64,000 bases of DNA from Gaiellales bacterium (GCA_038209555.1 JBBQXP010000001.1:68728-132727); one strand, 5' to 3'; numbered from the stretch's first letter, positions 36,653 through 46,579 are shown. Numbers and translations: made by a program. Notes: generated by a model from the letters alone, not told the origin.

Positions 36653-37338
36653 GCCTGCGACTCGAAGAACGCGGCCGCCTCTTCGCCGCTCGGAACATTG
36701 ACGAGGTTCTCGAGATGGTTCTCGTCCGAATAGCCGGCCTCGCGCATCCGCCGGATGGCCATCTCGATGTCGTAGTCGGTTCGACGCAGATCGACGTTCG
36801 GGCCAAGGAGCGCCCAGTACGCGCCCGCGCGGTTCTCGTAGGGCATCCCGATACTTCCTGCATTCACCAGCCGAACGCCGGCGACCTCTCGGTCGAACTG
36901 GGTATGCGTGTGACCGCAGACGACGACTCGTTCCGAAACACCGGCAAGCGCGGCGGCGACCCGCTGCTCGGGGGAGACCGAGGTCAGGATCTCCTCGTCG
37001 CTTCGCGGCGATCCGTGGCAGAAAAGGATTTGCCCGAGCCCGTCAACGTCGAGGGTCACGCTCGTAGGGAGCTCGCGGAGGAACCGGTGCTCCTTCGCAT
37101 TCAACTGGTCGGCGACCCAGGGGCCGGGCTCGCGATCACCGTTACCCCGCACCCAGACGGTGTCGTCGCCGAGACTGCGAATCAGCGAGAGAACCTCGCG
37201 GGGCATCGGGCCTGCCACGACATCTCCGCCCACCACGATGCGATCGACGGAGCTCGCAGTGGCCTCCGCGAGCACTGCCTCGAGAGCAGGGAGGTTCCCG
37301 TGGACGTCGTACAGAGCGGCAATCCGCACTGACGCCAT
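36622..37338 (-). CDS. metallophosphoesterase family protein (YfcE/MJ0936-like), antisense within the dcw cluster
   Basis: Calcineurin-like motifs DVHGN, GGDVV, GNGD, CHGSP and GHTH are all present. The stop overlaps the mraY 3' end by 31 nt and the start codon overlaps the murD start codon. Confidence 0.85.
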   Translation of the reverse strand: MASVRIAALYDVHGNLPALEAVLAEATASSVDRIVVGGDVVAGPMPREVLSLIRSLGDDTVWVRGNGDREPGPWVADQLNAKEHRFLRELPTSVTLDVDGLGQILFCHGSPRSDEEILTSVSPEQRVAAALAGVSERVVVCGHTHTQFDREVAGVRLVNAGSIGMPYENRAGAYWALLGPNVDLRRTDYDIEMAIRRMREAGYSDENHLENLVNVPSGEEAAAFFESQAQDANFENDW

Positions 37339-38584
37339 GATGCCGCGCCGCGCGCTCGTCCTGGGGCTTGCCCGCTCAGGTGAGGCAGCCTCGCTTGCTC
37401 TTGCGCGGCACGGTGTGGATGTCGTCGCCGTCGATCGCGCCGAAACCGGCGCTCTCAGCAGGCTTCGCGAAGCCGGCGTAGAAGTCGTCGTGGGTGCGGA
37501 AGATCCCGCGCTCCTCGACGGCATGGACCTGATGGTGAAAAGCCCCGGAGTGCCCCGCGATGCCCCGCTCGTGGAGGCTGCGCGGCGCCGCAACATGACC
37601 GTCTGGAGTGAGATCGAGCTCGGGTCGAGACTCATCTCGAACCCGATCCTCGGCGTCACCGGCACGAACGGGAAGACGACCACGAGCGAGCTCCTCGGCG
37701 CGATTTTCCACTCGGCCGGGAAACCCGTTTCCGTGGCCGGGAATGTCGGGCATCCCCTGACCGCACTTGACGGCGTCGTGCCGGCGGACGCGTGGGTGGT
37801 CTGCGAGCTGTCGAGTTTCCAACTCGAGGACATCGAGAGCTTTCGGCCGCCGGTGGCAGTGCTACTGAACCTGACGCCGGACCACCTGGACCGGCACGGG
37901 ACCTTCGAGGACTACACGATGGCGAAGCTTCGGATCTTCGAGAACCAGACTGCCGACGATGTGGCGCTCGTGCCCAGAGGCTTTCCCACGATCCCGGGCG
38001 CGGCTCGCCGGGTCGAGTTCGCCGCCGTCGACGAGCTTCCCGCCGAGCCGCGTATCCCCGGGATACACAACCGCGAGAACGCAGCTGCGGCAACGGCCGC
38101 GGCGCGAGCGGCCGGGATCGACGATATGGCGATCGCTGACGGGCTCCGTAGCTTCCAGGGCGTGCCGCATCGCCTTGAGCTCGTCGGGGAGGTCGGCGGA
38201 GTTCGCTTCGTCAACGATTCGAAGGCAACCAATCCGGAAGCGGCCGAGCAGGCGCTCACCGCCTATCCGCCGGGCCTCCGTCTCATCCTCGGCGGGAGTC
38301 TCAAAGGGTCATCGTTCGATGGCCTCGCCCGTGCCGCGAGGGAGCGCGGGGTAGCTCGCGCCTATCTGATCGGCGAATCGGCCGACGACATCGCGGAGGC
38401 ATTGATCCGTGCGGGCGTGGCTTTCACGCACGCCGGCGACCTCGAGCGGGCCGTCGAGCAGGCTCTCTCGGATGCCGAGCCCGGTGACGTCGTCCTGCTC
38501 TCGCCTGCGTCCGCGAGCTACGACCAGTTCGAGAACTTCGAGGAGCGTGGAGCCCGATTCCGGGCGATCGTGGAGGCGCTTTGA
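37337..38584 (+). CDS. murD: UDP-N-acetylmuramoylalanine--D-glutamate ligase
   Basis: ALVLGLARSGEAA N-terminus, GVTGTNGKTTTSELL, DSKATNPEAA. ATG 37337 chosen because the upstream part of ORF 37160 is antisense to the phosphoesterase gene. Confidence 0.92.
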   Translation: MMPRRALVLGLARSGEAASLALARHGVDVVAVDRAETGALSRLREAGVEVVVGAEDPALLDGMDLMVKSPGVPRDAPLVEAARRRNMTVWSEIELGSRLISNPILGVTGTNGKTTTSELLGAIFHSAGKPVSVAGNVGHPLTALDGVVPADAWVVCELSSFQLEDIESFRPPVAVLLNLTPDHLDRHGTFEDYTMAKLRIFENQTADDVALVPRGFPTIPGAARRVEFAAVDELPAEPRIPGIHNRENAAAATAAARAAGIDDMAIADGLRSFQGVPHRLELVGEVGGVRFVNDSKATNPEAAEQALTAYPPGLRLILGGSLKGSSFDGLARAARERGVARAYLIGESADDIAEALIRAGVAFTHAGDLERAVEQALSDAEPGDVVLLSPASASYDQFENFEERGARFRAIVEAL

Positions 38585-38678
38585 TCTGCCGACGGGGAGA
38601 TCTCTTAGGCGCGCGTGTACGTCGGGTCCCGACCCGCCCCCCTGCACACGCGCGAGCGTACCGCGGTAATGCGCACAG

Positions 38679-39971
38679 GTGGCACATGGATCGCTCCGGA
38701 TTTCGTACCAGTCGCGCACCTCTTTGCCACCGGAGGGTCGAGCGACCGTGAGACGCCCCGCGCGGTCACAGCTCGAGTTCCACCTGCTCGTTCTCGTCAC
38801 GCTCGGGCTCGTTGCGTTCGGACTGGTGATGGTTTACAGCGCCAGCTCCGCCCGCGGGCTCATCGCGTCGGACGATCCGGCCTACTACCTGAAGCGCCAG
38901 GCGCTCTACGCACTCGTCGGCCTCGTCGCGCTCGTCCTCCTGTCGCGCACCGACTTCCGGAAGCTCCGTCACGTCGGTGGGCCGATGCTCGCCTTGGCGT
39001 TCGTCCTCCTCGTAGCGGTGCTGGTCGTCGGGGCGAGTGTAAACGGCGCCAAGCGTTGGATTCCGCTCGGCTCGTTTTCGTTCCAGCCCTCTGAGCTCGC
39101 CAAGTTAGGGCTCGCCCTTTGGCTCGGCGCACGCCTCGCCCGCAAGCCCGCCCCTCGCTCGCTCGGGGAACTGGCCAAGCCCGTTGGACTCGCCGTCTGC
39201 TTCGTGTGCGGACTCATCGTCGTCGAGCCGGACCTCGGTACCGCGATTGCGATCGTGATCATGGTCGCCGCCATGCTCGTCGTCTCCGGCACGCCTCTGC
39301 GCGTGCTTGCAGCATCCGGCGGCCTCGGGCTCTCCGTCCTCATGCTCGCGATCTGGTTCGAGCCCTACCGACGCGCCCGTCTCTTCAGCTTCATCGACCC
39401 GTGGAGCGACCCGCAGAATGCCGGATTCCAGACCGTGCAAGCGATGATTGCGCTTGGCTCCGGCGGCCTCTTCGGCGTCGGCCTCGGAGAGAGCGTGCAG
39501 AAGATCTACTACTTGCCAGAGGCGTCGACGGACATGATCTTCGCGATCATCGGGGAGGAGCTGGGGCTCGTGGGGGCCATGGGAGTCATGGGCGCGTTCG
39601 TCCTCCTCGGATACGCCGGATTCAACGTCGCGCTCAGGTGCCGCGACCCATTCGGAAAGAGGCTCGCTACGGGACTGACCGCCCTCCTCTGCGGACAAGC
39701 GGCAGTCAACCTGTGTGCCGTCATGGGCATCGCGCCGTTGACCGGGATACCCCTGCCGTTCGTGAGCTACGGGGGCTCAAGCCTCATCGTCGCGCTCGCG
39801 GCCGTCGGGATCCTCCTTAACATCGCGCAGAACCATGCAGTCGAAGCAGTCGCTCAAGTGCCTGATCGCCGCCGGAGGAACAGCCGGGCACGTCCTGCCG
39901 GCGATCGCCGTCGCGGAAGCGCTGGTCGCGCGCGGCGTCAGCGTGACGTTCGCAGGCGCACAGCGAATTGA
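38679..39971 (+). CDS. ftsW: peptidoglycan glycosyltransferase FtsW (SEDS family)
   Basis: VMVYSASS, FQPSELAKL, PEASTDMIFAIIGEELG, PLPFVSYGGSS. Alternative start GTG 38748. The Arg-rich 3' tail overlaps murG by 137 nt. Confidence 0.9.
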   Translation: MAHGSLRISYQSRTSLPPEGRATVRRPARSQLEFHLLVLVTLGLVAFGLVMVYSASSARGLIASDDPAYYLKRQALYALVGLVALVLLSRTDFRKLRHVGGPMLALAFVLLVAVLVVGASVNGAKRWIPLGSFSFQPSELAKLGLALWLGARLARKPAPRSLGELAKPVGLAVCFVCGLIVVEPDLGTAIAIVIMVAAMLVVSGTPLRVLAASGGLGLSVLMLAIWFEPYRRARLFSFIDPWSDPQNAGFQTVQAMIALGSGGLFGVGLGESVQKIYYLPEASTDMIFAIIGEELGLVGAMGVMGAFVLLGYAGFNVALRCRDPFGKRLATGLTALLCGQAAVNLCAVMGIAPLTGIPLPFVSYGGSSLIVALAAVGILLNIAQNHAVEAVAQVPDRRRRNSRARPAGDRRRGSAGRARRQRDVRRRTAN

Positions 39972-40896
39972 GCGCCGACTGGTCCCCGAGGCGGGCTTCG
40001 AGCTCGACGAGTTCCATGTCGAAGGCTTCCCGCGGAGACCCAGTCTTCGCCTGATTCGAGCCCTCGGGCTCGCGGTACAGGCTCCGGTTGCCTGCGCGCG
40101 GATACTGCGACGGCGAAAACCGGATGTCGTTCTCGGAGGCGGCGGGTATGTCGCAGGCCCAATGGTGCTCGCGGCCGGCTTCCTCCGCATCCCCGCGGCG
40201 CTCACCGAGGCCGATGCGCACCTGGGCCTAGCGAATCGACTCGCTGCCCCTGTTGCGCAGAAGGTCTTCCTGGCCTTTCCGATCGAGGGGGTCGAGGGAC
40301 CGAAGTACCGAGTTGTGGGTCGGCCTATCCCTAGCCGCTCGCAGCCAGCGGATCGGGATGAAGCTCGCAAGGCCTTTGGGCTCCCCGAGGACGGACGGGC
40401 GGTGCTGGTCTTCGGAGGAAGCCTCGGCGCGCGCCGTCTGAACCAGGCGGCGCTCGAGGCCTGGGCAGACGCGGGTCCACCCGTTCTGCACATCGCGGGC
40501 GAGCGGGATTTTGCGGCACTCGACAGACCAACGCGCTCGGACTACGTCCTCCTCCCGTTCACGGACGAGTTCGGCGCCGCGCTCTCGGCTGTCGATCTCG
40601 TCGTCGCGCGCGCGGGAGGCTCGGTGTGGGAAGTCGCTGCGGCCGGAAAGCCCGCCCTGCTCGTGCCGTATCCGGAAGCGTCGGCGGATCACCAGACTGC
40701 GAATGCCCGCTACTTCGAGCGAGGAGGAGGTGCAGTCGTCCTGACCGAAGCTGAGCTCGACCTGAAGCGGCAAGCAGAGGAGCTGCTCGGGGACGATGAC
40801 CGTCTCGAGCGGATGGCGACGGCAATGCGCTCGCTTGCGCAACCGGACGCAGCGGCGGCCGTCGCCGAGGAGTTGATCGCCCTTGCTACCGCTTGA
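39835..40896 (+). CDS. murG: UDP-N-acetylglucosamine--N-acetylmuramyl-(pentapeptide) pyrophosphoryl-undecaprenol N-acetylglucosamine transferase
   Basis: LIAAGGTAGHVLPAIAVAEAL, VFGGSLGA, ARAGGSVWEVAAAGKPALLVP. Confidence 0.92.
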   Translation: MQSKQSLKCLIAAGGTAGHVLPAIAVAEALVARGVSVTFAGAQRIERRLVPEAGFELDEFHVEGFPRRPSLRLIRALGLAVQAPVACARILRRRKPDVVLGGGGYVAGPMVLAAGFLRIPAALTEADAHLGLANRLAAPVAQKVFLAFPIEGVEGPKYRVVGRPIPSRSQPADRDEARKAFGLPEDGRAVLVFGGSLGARRLNQAALEAWADAGPPVLHIAGERDFAALDRPTRSDYVLLPFTDEFGAALSAVDLVVARAGGSVWEVAAAGKPALLVPYPEASADHQTANARYFERGGGAVVLTEAELDLKRQAEELLGDDDRLERMATAMRSLAQPDAAAAVAEELIALATA

Positions 40897-42085
40897 CGGG
40901 CGGCGCCTCTGGCTCGTCGGCATCGGCGGCGCCGGGCTCAGCGCCTACGGGATCCTGGCGCGAGCATGGGGTGCCGAGGTGGCGGGTTGGGACCGGGTCG
41001 AGACGACCTACCTGACCCGTGTCCGTGCCGAGGGGATCCCCGTCACGATCGGACCGGAGCCGGTCGCCGGTCCATCCGGATTCGAGACGATCGTCTCGAC
41101 CGCCTTCGCGGGGCGGGTTGACGGAAAGAGCCGTTCCGACTTTCTGGCCGAGCTCGTCTCGCTCCGGCGCTCGATCGTCGTCACAGGTGCACACGGGAAG
41201 ACGACGACCGCGGCCATGATCGCCTTCTGCCTCCAAGAGCTCGGCCATGAGCCTGCCTATCTGATCGGAGCCGAGGTACCTCAGCTCGGAGGGAACGCAG
41301 GCACGGGAGAGGGATGGCTCGTCGTCGAGGGGGACGAGTCCGATCGGACGGCCTTCGCGCTCGAGCCCGAGATCGCCGTCGTTACGAACGTCGAGCTCGA
41401 CCACCACACGACGTTCTCCTCTCTGGCCGAGCTCGAGGAGTGCTTTCGCCGCTGGATCGCAGACCGTGTCGAATCTTCGGTCGTGTGGGGCCCCGACCTC
41501 GAGCCGGCTGACGTTCGGCTAGCTGTCCCCGGCGAGCACAATCGCTGGAATGCGGCGTGCGCGCTTGCAGCCCTGCAACTTGCGGGGATCCCGGAGGTGG
41601 ACGCTGTCCGCGCCCTCCGGGACTTCACTGGGGCGGGCCGTCGGTTCGATCTTCGTGGGGAGTCGCGTGGCGTGCGGCTCTACGACGACTACGCCCATCA
41701 TCCCACGGAGGTCGCTGCCACGCTCGCAACGGCGCGGGCACTGGCAGGGACGGGCAGGGTGATCGCGGTCTTCCAACCACATCTCTACTCGCGGACGGCG
41801 TATCTGGCGAACGAGTTCGCGACCGCGCTCTCCCACGCCGATACCGCAGTCGTGACCGAGATCTACCCGGCGCGCGAGGAGCCCTGGCCCGGGGTAACCG
41901 GCAAAGCCATCGCCGACCGCCTCACCGAAGTCCGGCCTGGGATGCCGGTCGGGTGGGCACCGACGCTTGACGGCGCCGCGGTTCTCGCAGCCGAAAGGGC
42001 ACGGGCCGGCGATCTCGTGCTCACTCTCGGAGCCGGAGACATCGAGACGATCGGGCCCCTGATTCTGGAACGGCTGGGTCAATGA
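40883..42085 (+). CDS. murC: UDP-N-acetylmuramate--L-alanine ligase (compact, 400 aa)
   Basis: VGIGGAGLSA, VTGAHGKTTTAAMI, DDYAHHPTEV. Confidence 0.9.
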   Translation: MLPLDGRRLWLVGIGGAGLSAYGILARAWGAEVAGWDRVETTYLTRVRAEGIPVTIGPEPVAGPSGFETIVSTAFAGRVDGKSRSDFLAELVSLRRSIVVTGAHGKTTTAAMIAFCLQELGHEPAYLIGAEVPQLGGNAGTGEGWLVVEGDESDRTAFALEPEIAVVTNVELDHHTTFSSLAELEECFRRWIADRVESSVVWGPDLEPADVRLAVPGEHNRWNAACALAALQLAGIPEVDAVRALRDFTGAGRRFDLRGESRGVRLYDDYAHHPTEVAATLATARALAGTGRVIAVFQPHLYSRTAYLANEFATALSHADTAVVTEIYPAREEPWPGVTGKAIADRLTEVRPGMPVGWAPTLDGAAVLAAERARAGDLVLTLGAGDIETIGPLILERLGQ

Positions 42086-42975
42086 AGGAGAACGTGCGCC
42101 TCTCCCGGTACACGACGATCGGGACTGGCGGCCCGGCACGGTGGCTCGCCGAGCCAGAGACCACTGAGGAACTCGTCGAGGTTCTCGCCTGGGCGCACGA
42201 CCGGGAGCTTCCGATCGCAGCTGTCGGCCTCGGTTCGAACCTCCTCGTCGCGGATGAAGGGTTCGCCGGCGTCGCACTCAAGCTCGCGGGCGCGCTGACG
42301 GTCGCGAAGACCGGAGACGGGGTTCTCATGGCGGGAGGGGGAGCCGCGAACGCGGTCTGCCTCCACCGTGCGCGGGCGGCAAACCTGGGAGGGCTCGAGT
42401 TTCTCTGCGCGATCCCGGGGAGCGTGGGTGGCGGTGTCTGGATGAACGCCGGCGCGTACGGGAGCGACATTGCGGCCGTGCTAAGCCGCGCGCTCGTCGC
42501 GGACGCGCTCGGGTCCCGGTGGCAGACCCCCCAGGAGCTCGGCCTCACATACCGGCGTTCCAACCTCCGTCACGGCCAGGTCGTCGCGGGCGCGGAGTTC
42601 CGTCTCGACTCGAGACCGGAGCAGGAGATCAAGGACATCGTTGCGGGCATGCAGGAGAAGCGGAAAGCCGCACAGCCCACGAACAAGCGGACATTCGGGA
42701 GCGTGTTCAAGAATCCGGATCACGAGCTCTCTGCCGGGCGGATGCTCGAGGCCTGCGGCCTGCGCGGTTACTCGATCCGCGGGGCTCGAGTCTCGCCGAA
42801 GCACGCGAACTTCATCGAGAACGACGGGCGAGCGCGATCCGTCGACGCGATCGCCTTGATCGTAGAGGCGCGGCGCCGGGCGTTCGCGGAGTACGGAGTC
42901 ACTCTCGAGCCGGAGGTGCAGCTCGTCGGATCCCTGGAGATCCCCGCCATCGAGGGGGTCGGCACGCCCGGGTAG
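42082..42975 (+). CDS. murB: UDP-N-acetylenolpyruvoylglucosamine reductase
   Basis: YTTIGTGGPA, GLGSNLLV, PGSVGGGVWMNAGAYG, GSVFKNP. Confidence 0.92.
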   Translation: MKENVRLSRYTTIGTGGPARWLAEPETTEELVEVLAWAHDRELPIAAVGLGSNLLVADEGFAGVALKLAGALTVAKTGDGVLMAGGGAANAVCLHRARAANLGGLEFLCAIPGSVGGGVWMNAGAYGSDIAAVLSRALVADALGSRWQTPQELGLTYRRSNLRHGQVVAGAEFRLDSRPEQEIKDIVAGMQEKRKAAQPTNKRTFGSVFKNPDHELSAGRMLEACGLRGYSIRGARVSPKHANFIENDGRARSVDAIALIVEARRRAFAEYGVTLEPEVQLVGSLEIPAIEGVGTPG

Positions 42976-42997
42976 GAGCGCGGGAGCGCGCGGCGAA

Positions 42998-43810
42998 GTG
43001 GCGATGGTGGCTCGCTGGCTCGCACTCGCCGCCGCTCGGGCGCAGCCGATTCGGCCTGCGCTTGCACTGCCACGACTTCGCTTCCCACTCGGGCGCAGCC
43101 TCGTGGGGGTCGCGGTCGTCATCGGAGTTCTTTCGCTCGGGTACCTGGCGGCACGCTCAACGTCGCTTTTCGCCCTGCAATCGGTTGCTGTGAGCGGTGC
43201 GCGAGGCGCTGCGGAGGCGGATGTCCGCGCCGCCCTTCGGCCCCTCGACGGAGAGAGTCTCGTCACTGTCGATACAGGCAGCATCGAGCGTCAGCTCTCG
43301 GCTCTCCCTTCAGTACGGGTCGCCCGTGTCGACAGGGCGTTCCCACACGGACTCCGAGTTGTAGTGGTCCCGGAACGTCCCGTGGCCGTTCTCCGCTCTG
43401 GACGAGCAGCTTGGCTTCTCTCGAGGAGCGGCCGGATCATCAGGGACGTCGAGTCGAACTCGAACAGGCGGCTGCCGCGGATCTGGCTCGCGGCCGGGGC
43501 GGTCTTCGAGCCCGGGGTCAGGCCCGCGATTCCAACGGCCTCGAAGGCCCTCAGGGCCATTGACTCGATGCCTGCGCGGTTCCCCGTGCAGGTGCGGACA
43601 GCGCGAGCAACAGGAGACGGTGTCGTCCTCGTGCTGTCGATCGGGATGGAGGTTCGCCTGGGCTTAGCGGACGATCTCGACGCCAAGCTCGCCGCCGCTG
43701 CCGCCGTCCTGCGAGGTCTCTCTGTCTCCGAACGGGCGGAGTTCGACTACCTGGATGTCAGCCTGCCCGAGCGGCCTGTCGCTGGTGTCAACTCTCAAGT
43801 CGATGGTTGA
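42998..43810 (+). CDS. ftsQ: cell division protein FtsQ (POTRA domain)
   Basis: Single TM segment VAVVIGVLSLGYLAA followed by a POTRA-like region. Located between murB and ftsZ. Confidence 0.8.
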   Translation: MAMVARWLALAAARAQPIRPALALPRLRFPLGRSLVGVAVVIGVLSLGYLAARSTSLFALQSVAVSGARGAAEADVRAALRPLDGESLVTVDTGSIERQLSALPSVRVARVDRAFPHGLRVVVVPERPVAVLRSGRAAWLLSRSGRIIRDVESNSNRRLPRIWLAAGAVFEPGVRPAIPTASKALRAIDSMPARFPVQVRTARATGDGVVLVLSIGMEVRLGLADDLDAKLAAAAAVLRGLSVSERAEFDYLDVSLPERPVAGVNSQVDG

Positions 43811-43849
43811 GGGTTAGACTTTATCGACAAAATCCCTGCAAACGAGGGT

Positions 43850-43878
43850 TTGACACCAGAGGATAAGCTGCGTAAGGT
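43850..43878 (+). promoter_or_regulatory. candidate sigma-70-type promoter for ftsZ
   Basis: TTGACA (43850-43855), 17-nt spacer, TAAGGT (43873-43878) in a locally AT-richer gap 42 nt upstream of the ftsZ ATG. Confidence 0.35.
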
Positions 43879-43920
43879 CAGCCGTACGCTCAGGTCGAGC
43901 TTCAGCTATCTTCGTTTCGG

Positions 43921-44994
43921 ATGAGAGATACATCGGGCAGCTATATAGCGGTGATCAAGGTCGTCGGCGTGGGCGGCGGCGGCTCGAACGCCGTCACCCG
44001 GATGGTCGACGCGGGAGTCACCGGCGTCGACTTCATCGCGGTGAACACGGACGCGCAGGCCCTGCTCGGCTGCGATGCCGATGTGAAACTCCACATCGGG
44101 GCTCAGGCGACGCGCGGGCTGGGCGCCGGGGCGAACCCGGAGGTCGGACAGGCGGCTGCCCTCGAGAGCCGGGACGAGATCAAGGAGGCACTCAAGGGTG
44201 CCGACATGGTCTTCGTCACCGCCGGCGAAGGTGGGGGCACCGGCACCGGCGGCGCGCCGATCATCGCGGAGACTGCGCGCGAGCTAGGCGCCTTGACCGT
44301 GGGCGTGGTCACGCGCCCATTCGAATTCGAAGGGCGGAAGCGCGCCGAGCAAGCGCAGCAGGGAATCACCGAGCTCAGGGACAAGGTCGACACGTTGATC
44401 ATCATCCCGAACGATCGCCTCCTGCAGGTTGTCGGGAAGCAAACACCGGTCATGGAAGCCTTTCGGATCGCGGACGACGTGCTGCGGCAAGGCGTCCAGG
44501 GGATCACCGACCTGATCACAATCCCCGGCCTCGTCAACCTCGACTTTGCGGACGTTCGGACGGTCATGAGCGATGCGGGCTCCGCCCTCATGGGCATCGG
44601 AGAGGCCGAGGGCGAGAACCGGGCCGCCGAGGCAGCGCGTACAGCCGTCTCGTCCCCGCTCCTCGAGGCGTCGGTCGAGGGCGCGACCGGAATCCTGCTG
44701 AACATCACCGGAGGCTCCGACGTGGGGCTGTTCGAGGTGAACGAGGCGGCGGAGGTCGTGACCGGCGCCGCCGACCAGAACGCGAACGTGATCTTCGGCG
44801 CCGTGATCGATGAGAACCTGGCCGGCAAGATCCGCGTGACCGTGATTGCAACCGGCTTCGATGCGAAGCTCCGGCGGGAGCGCCGTGAGCGGGAGCCGAA
44901 GACTGCGGAGCCGAACGGTGGCCGGGAGCGGGAGCCGAGTGAGGGCTTCCAGGTTCCCGCCGACACGCTCGACGTCCCGCCCTTCCTGCGCTAG
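43921..44994 (+). CDS. ftsZ: cell division GTPase FtsZ
   Basis: [14 protein letters not shown], tubulin signature [17 protein letters not shown]. Confidence 0.95.
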   Translation: MRDTSGSYIAVIKVVGVGGGGSNAVTRMVDAGVTGVDFIAVNTDAQALLGCDADVKLHIGAQATRGLGAGANPEVGQAAALESRDEIKEALKGADMVFVTAGEGGGTGTGGAPIIAETARELGALTVGVVTRPFEFEGRKRAEQAQQGITELRDKVDTLIIIPNDRLLQVVGKQTPVMEAFRIADDVLRQGVQGITDLITIPGLVNLDFADVRTVMSDAGSALMGIGEAEGENRAAEAARTAVSSPLLEASVEGATGILLNITGGSDVGLFEVNEAAEVVTGAADQNANVIFGAVIDENLAGKIRVTVIATGFDAKLRRERREREPKTAEPNGGREREPSEGFQVPADTLDVPPFLR

Positions 44995-45187
44995 TAGAAG
45001 AGTTCGGCGAAACGAGCGCCCGCCGTCGGGCCGCGCTGCCCGGGCGATTGCGCTGCTATCGGACTCCCTCCGTCCTGACTCCGGGACGACCATCGCACCC
45101 CGATGACGAGCGACGTTCCACCAATCCCTCCTACCGGTGTGGGATCGTCGCCCCGCACGGCAGACGCAGGACGGATAGAACGCCGGG

Positions 45188-46561
45188 GTGCGCCCGCCGC
45201 GCGAACCCTTCCGGATCAAGATGGTCGAGCCCGTCCGTGCAACGACGCGGCCCGAGCGCCAGGACGCGCTCGAGGCGGCCGGATGGAACCCGTTCCAGCT
45301 TGCGGCTTCTGACGTCGAACTCGATCTCCTGACCGACTCCGGCACGGGTGCCATGAGCCAGGATCAGTGGTCGGCGCTCATGCGAGGCGATGAGTCCTAC
45401 GCCGGCTCGCGCAGCTTCGCGCGTTTCCGCGACGCCGTCCGGGAGGTGCTCGGATTTCCCTACGTCGTGCCGACCCATCAGGGACGGGGAGCCGAGAGCG
45501 TCTTCTTTGGCGCCGTCATCGACCCAGGTGAGATCGTGCCGTCGAACGCGCACTTCGACACGACGCGCGCCCACATCGAGTTGCGTGAGGGTATCGCGCT
45601 GGATCTTCCCATTCCGGCCGCCCTGGATTCCGGTGGGGATTACCCGTTCAAGGGAAACCTCGACGTCGACGCCCTCGGCCACTTGCTCGAGAGTGAGGAC
45701 GGGGACCGAGTCTCGATCGTCATGTTGACGCTCACGAACAACGCGGGCGGCGGCCAGCCCGTCTCGATGGAGAACATCGCGGCCACCGCAGGGCTGGCCC
45801 GGAAGCATGGCAAGAAGCTCGTCCTGGACATCGCTCGCTTTGCGGAGAACGCGTGGTTCATCCGGGAGCGCGAGGCCGGGTTTGCAGATGTTCCGCTGCC
45901 TGAGATCGTCCTGCGGAGCTTGGCGGAGGCGGACGCCGTGCTCATGAGCGCAAAGAAGGACGCGATCGCGAACATCGGCGGCTTCGTGGCGATCCGTGAC
46001 GATGAGGAGTTCTTCCATCGCCTCCAGGCTCGGGGGATCGTGTTCGAGGGATTCCCGACGTACGGCGGCCTCGCCGGCCGCGACCTCGAGGTGATCGCTG
46101 TCGGCCTCCGGGAAGTGCTCGACGAGGAGTACCTCCGTCACCGGATCGGCCAGGTGGCATATCTCGGCCACGTGCTCCTCGAGGCCGGCGCGAGCGTCCT
46201 CCAGCCGTTCGGCGGACACGCGGTCTACCTCGACGCCACTCCGATGCTCCCGGCTATTCCAGTCGAACAGTTCCCGGCGCAGGCCCTCTCGTGCGCTCTC
46301 TATCTCGAGGGTGGAGTCCGCGGCGTCGAGATCGGCTCCGTCATGGCCGGGCGGGATCCCGTGACCGGTGAGAACCGTCGGCCGCCGCTCGAGCTTGTTC
46401 GCCTCGCTGTGCCTCGGCGCGTCTACACCTCGCGCCAGCTCGAGCAGGCTGCGGATGCCGCCGCGGCGGTGGTCGCGAACGCCGGGTCGATACGGGGGCT
46501 CGAGATCGTCGCGGAGGCACCCGTCCTCAGACACTTCACCGCCCGCTTCCAGCCGATCTGA
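45188..46561 (+). CDS. tryptophanase / tyrosine phenol-lyase family beta-eliminating lyase
   Basis: EPFRIKMVEPVRATT, LLTDSGTGAMS, THQGRGAE, PLP-lysine region SAKKDAIANIGG. Aligns from the N-terminus with TnaA-type enzymes. Confidence 0.88.
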   Translation: MRPPREPFRIKMVEPVRATTRPERQDALEAAGWNPFQLAASDVELDLLTDSGTGAMSQDQWSALMRGDESYAGSRSFARFRDAVREVLGFPYVVPTHQGRGAESVFFGAVIDPGEIVPSNAHFDTTRAHIELREGIALDLPIPAALDSGGDYPFKGNLDVDALGHLLESEDGDRVSIVMLTLTNNAGGGQPVSMENIAATAGLARKHGKKLVLDIARFAENAWFIREREAGFADVPLPEIVLRSLAEADAVLMSAKKDAIANIGGFVAIRDDEEFFHRLQARGIVFEGFPTYGGLAGRDLEVIAVGLREVLDEEYLRHRIGQVAYLGHVLLEAGASVLQPFGGHAVYLDATPMLPAIPVEQFPAQALSCALYLEGGVRGVEIGSVMAGRDPVTGENRRPPLELVRLAVPRRVYTSRQLEQAADAAAAVVANAGSIRGLEIVAEAPVLRHFTARFQPI

Positions 46562-46579
46562 CGCGCGCTTCACTCGCCG

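Noticed and set aside
44995-45187. TnaC-like leader peptide or attenuator upstream of the tryptophanase-like gene
   Set aside because: There is no short Trp-containing ORF with an SD, and no terminator or antiterminator hairpin pair that I could trace.
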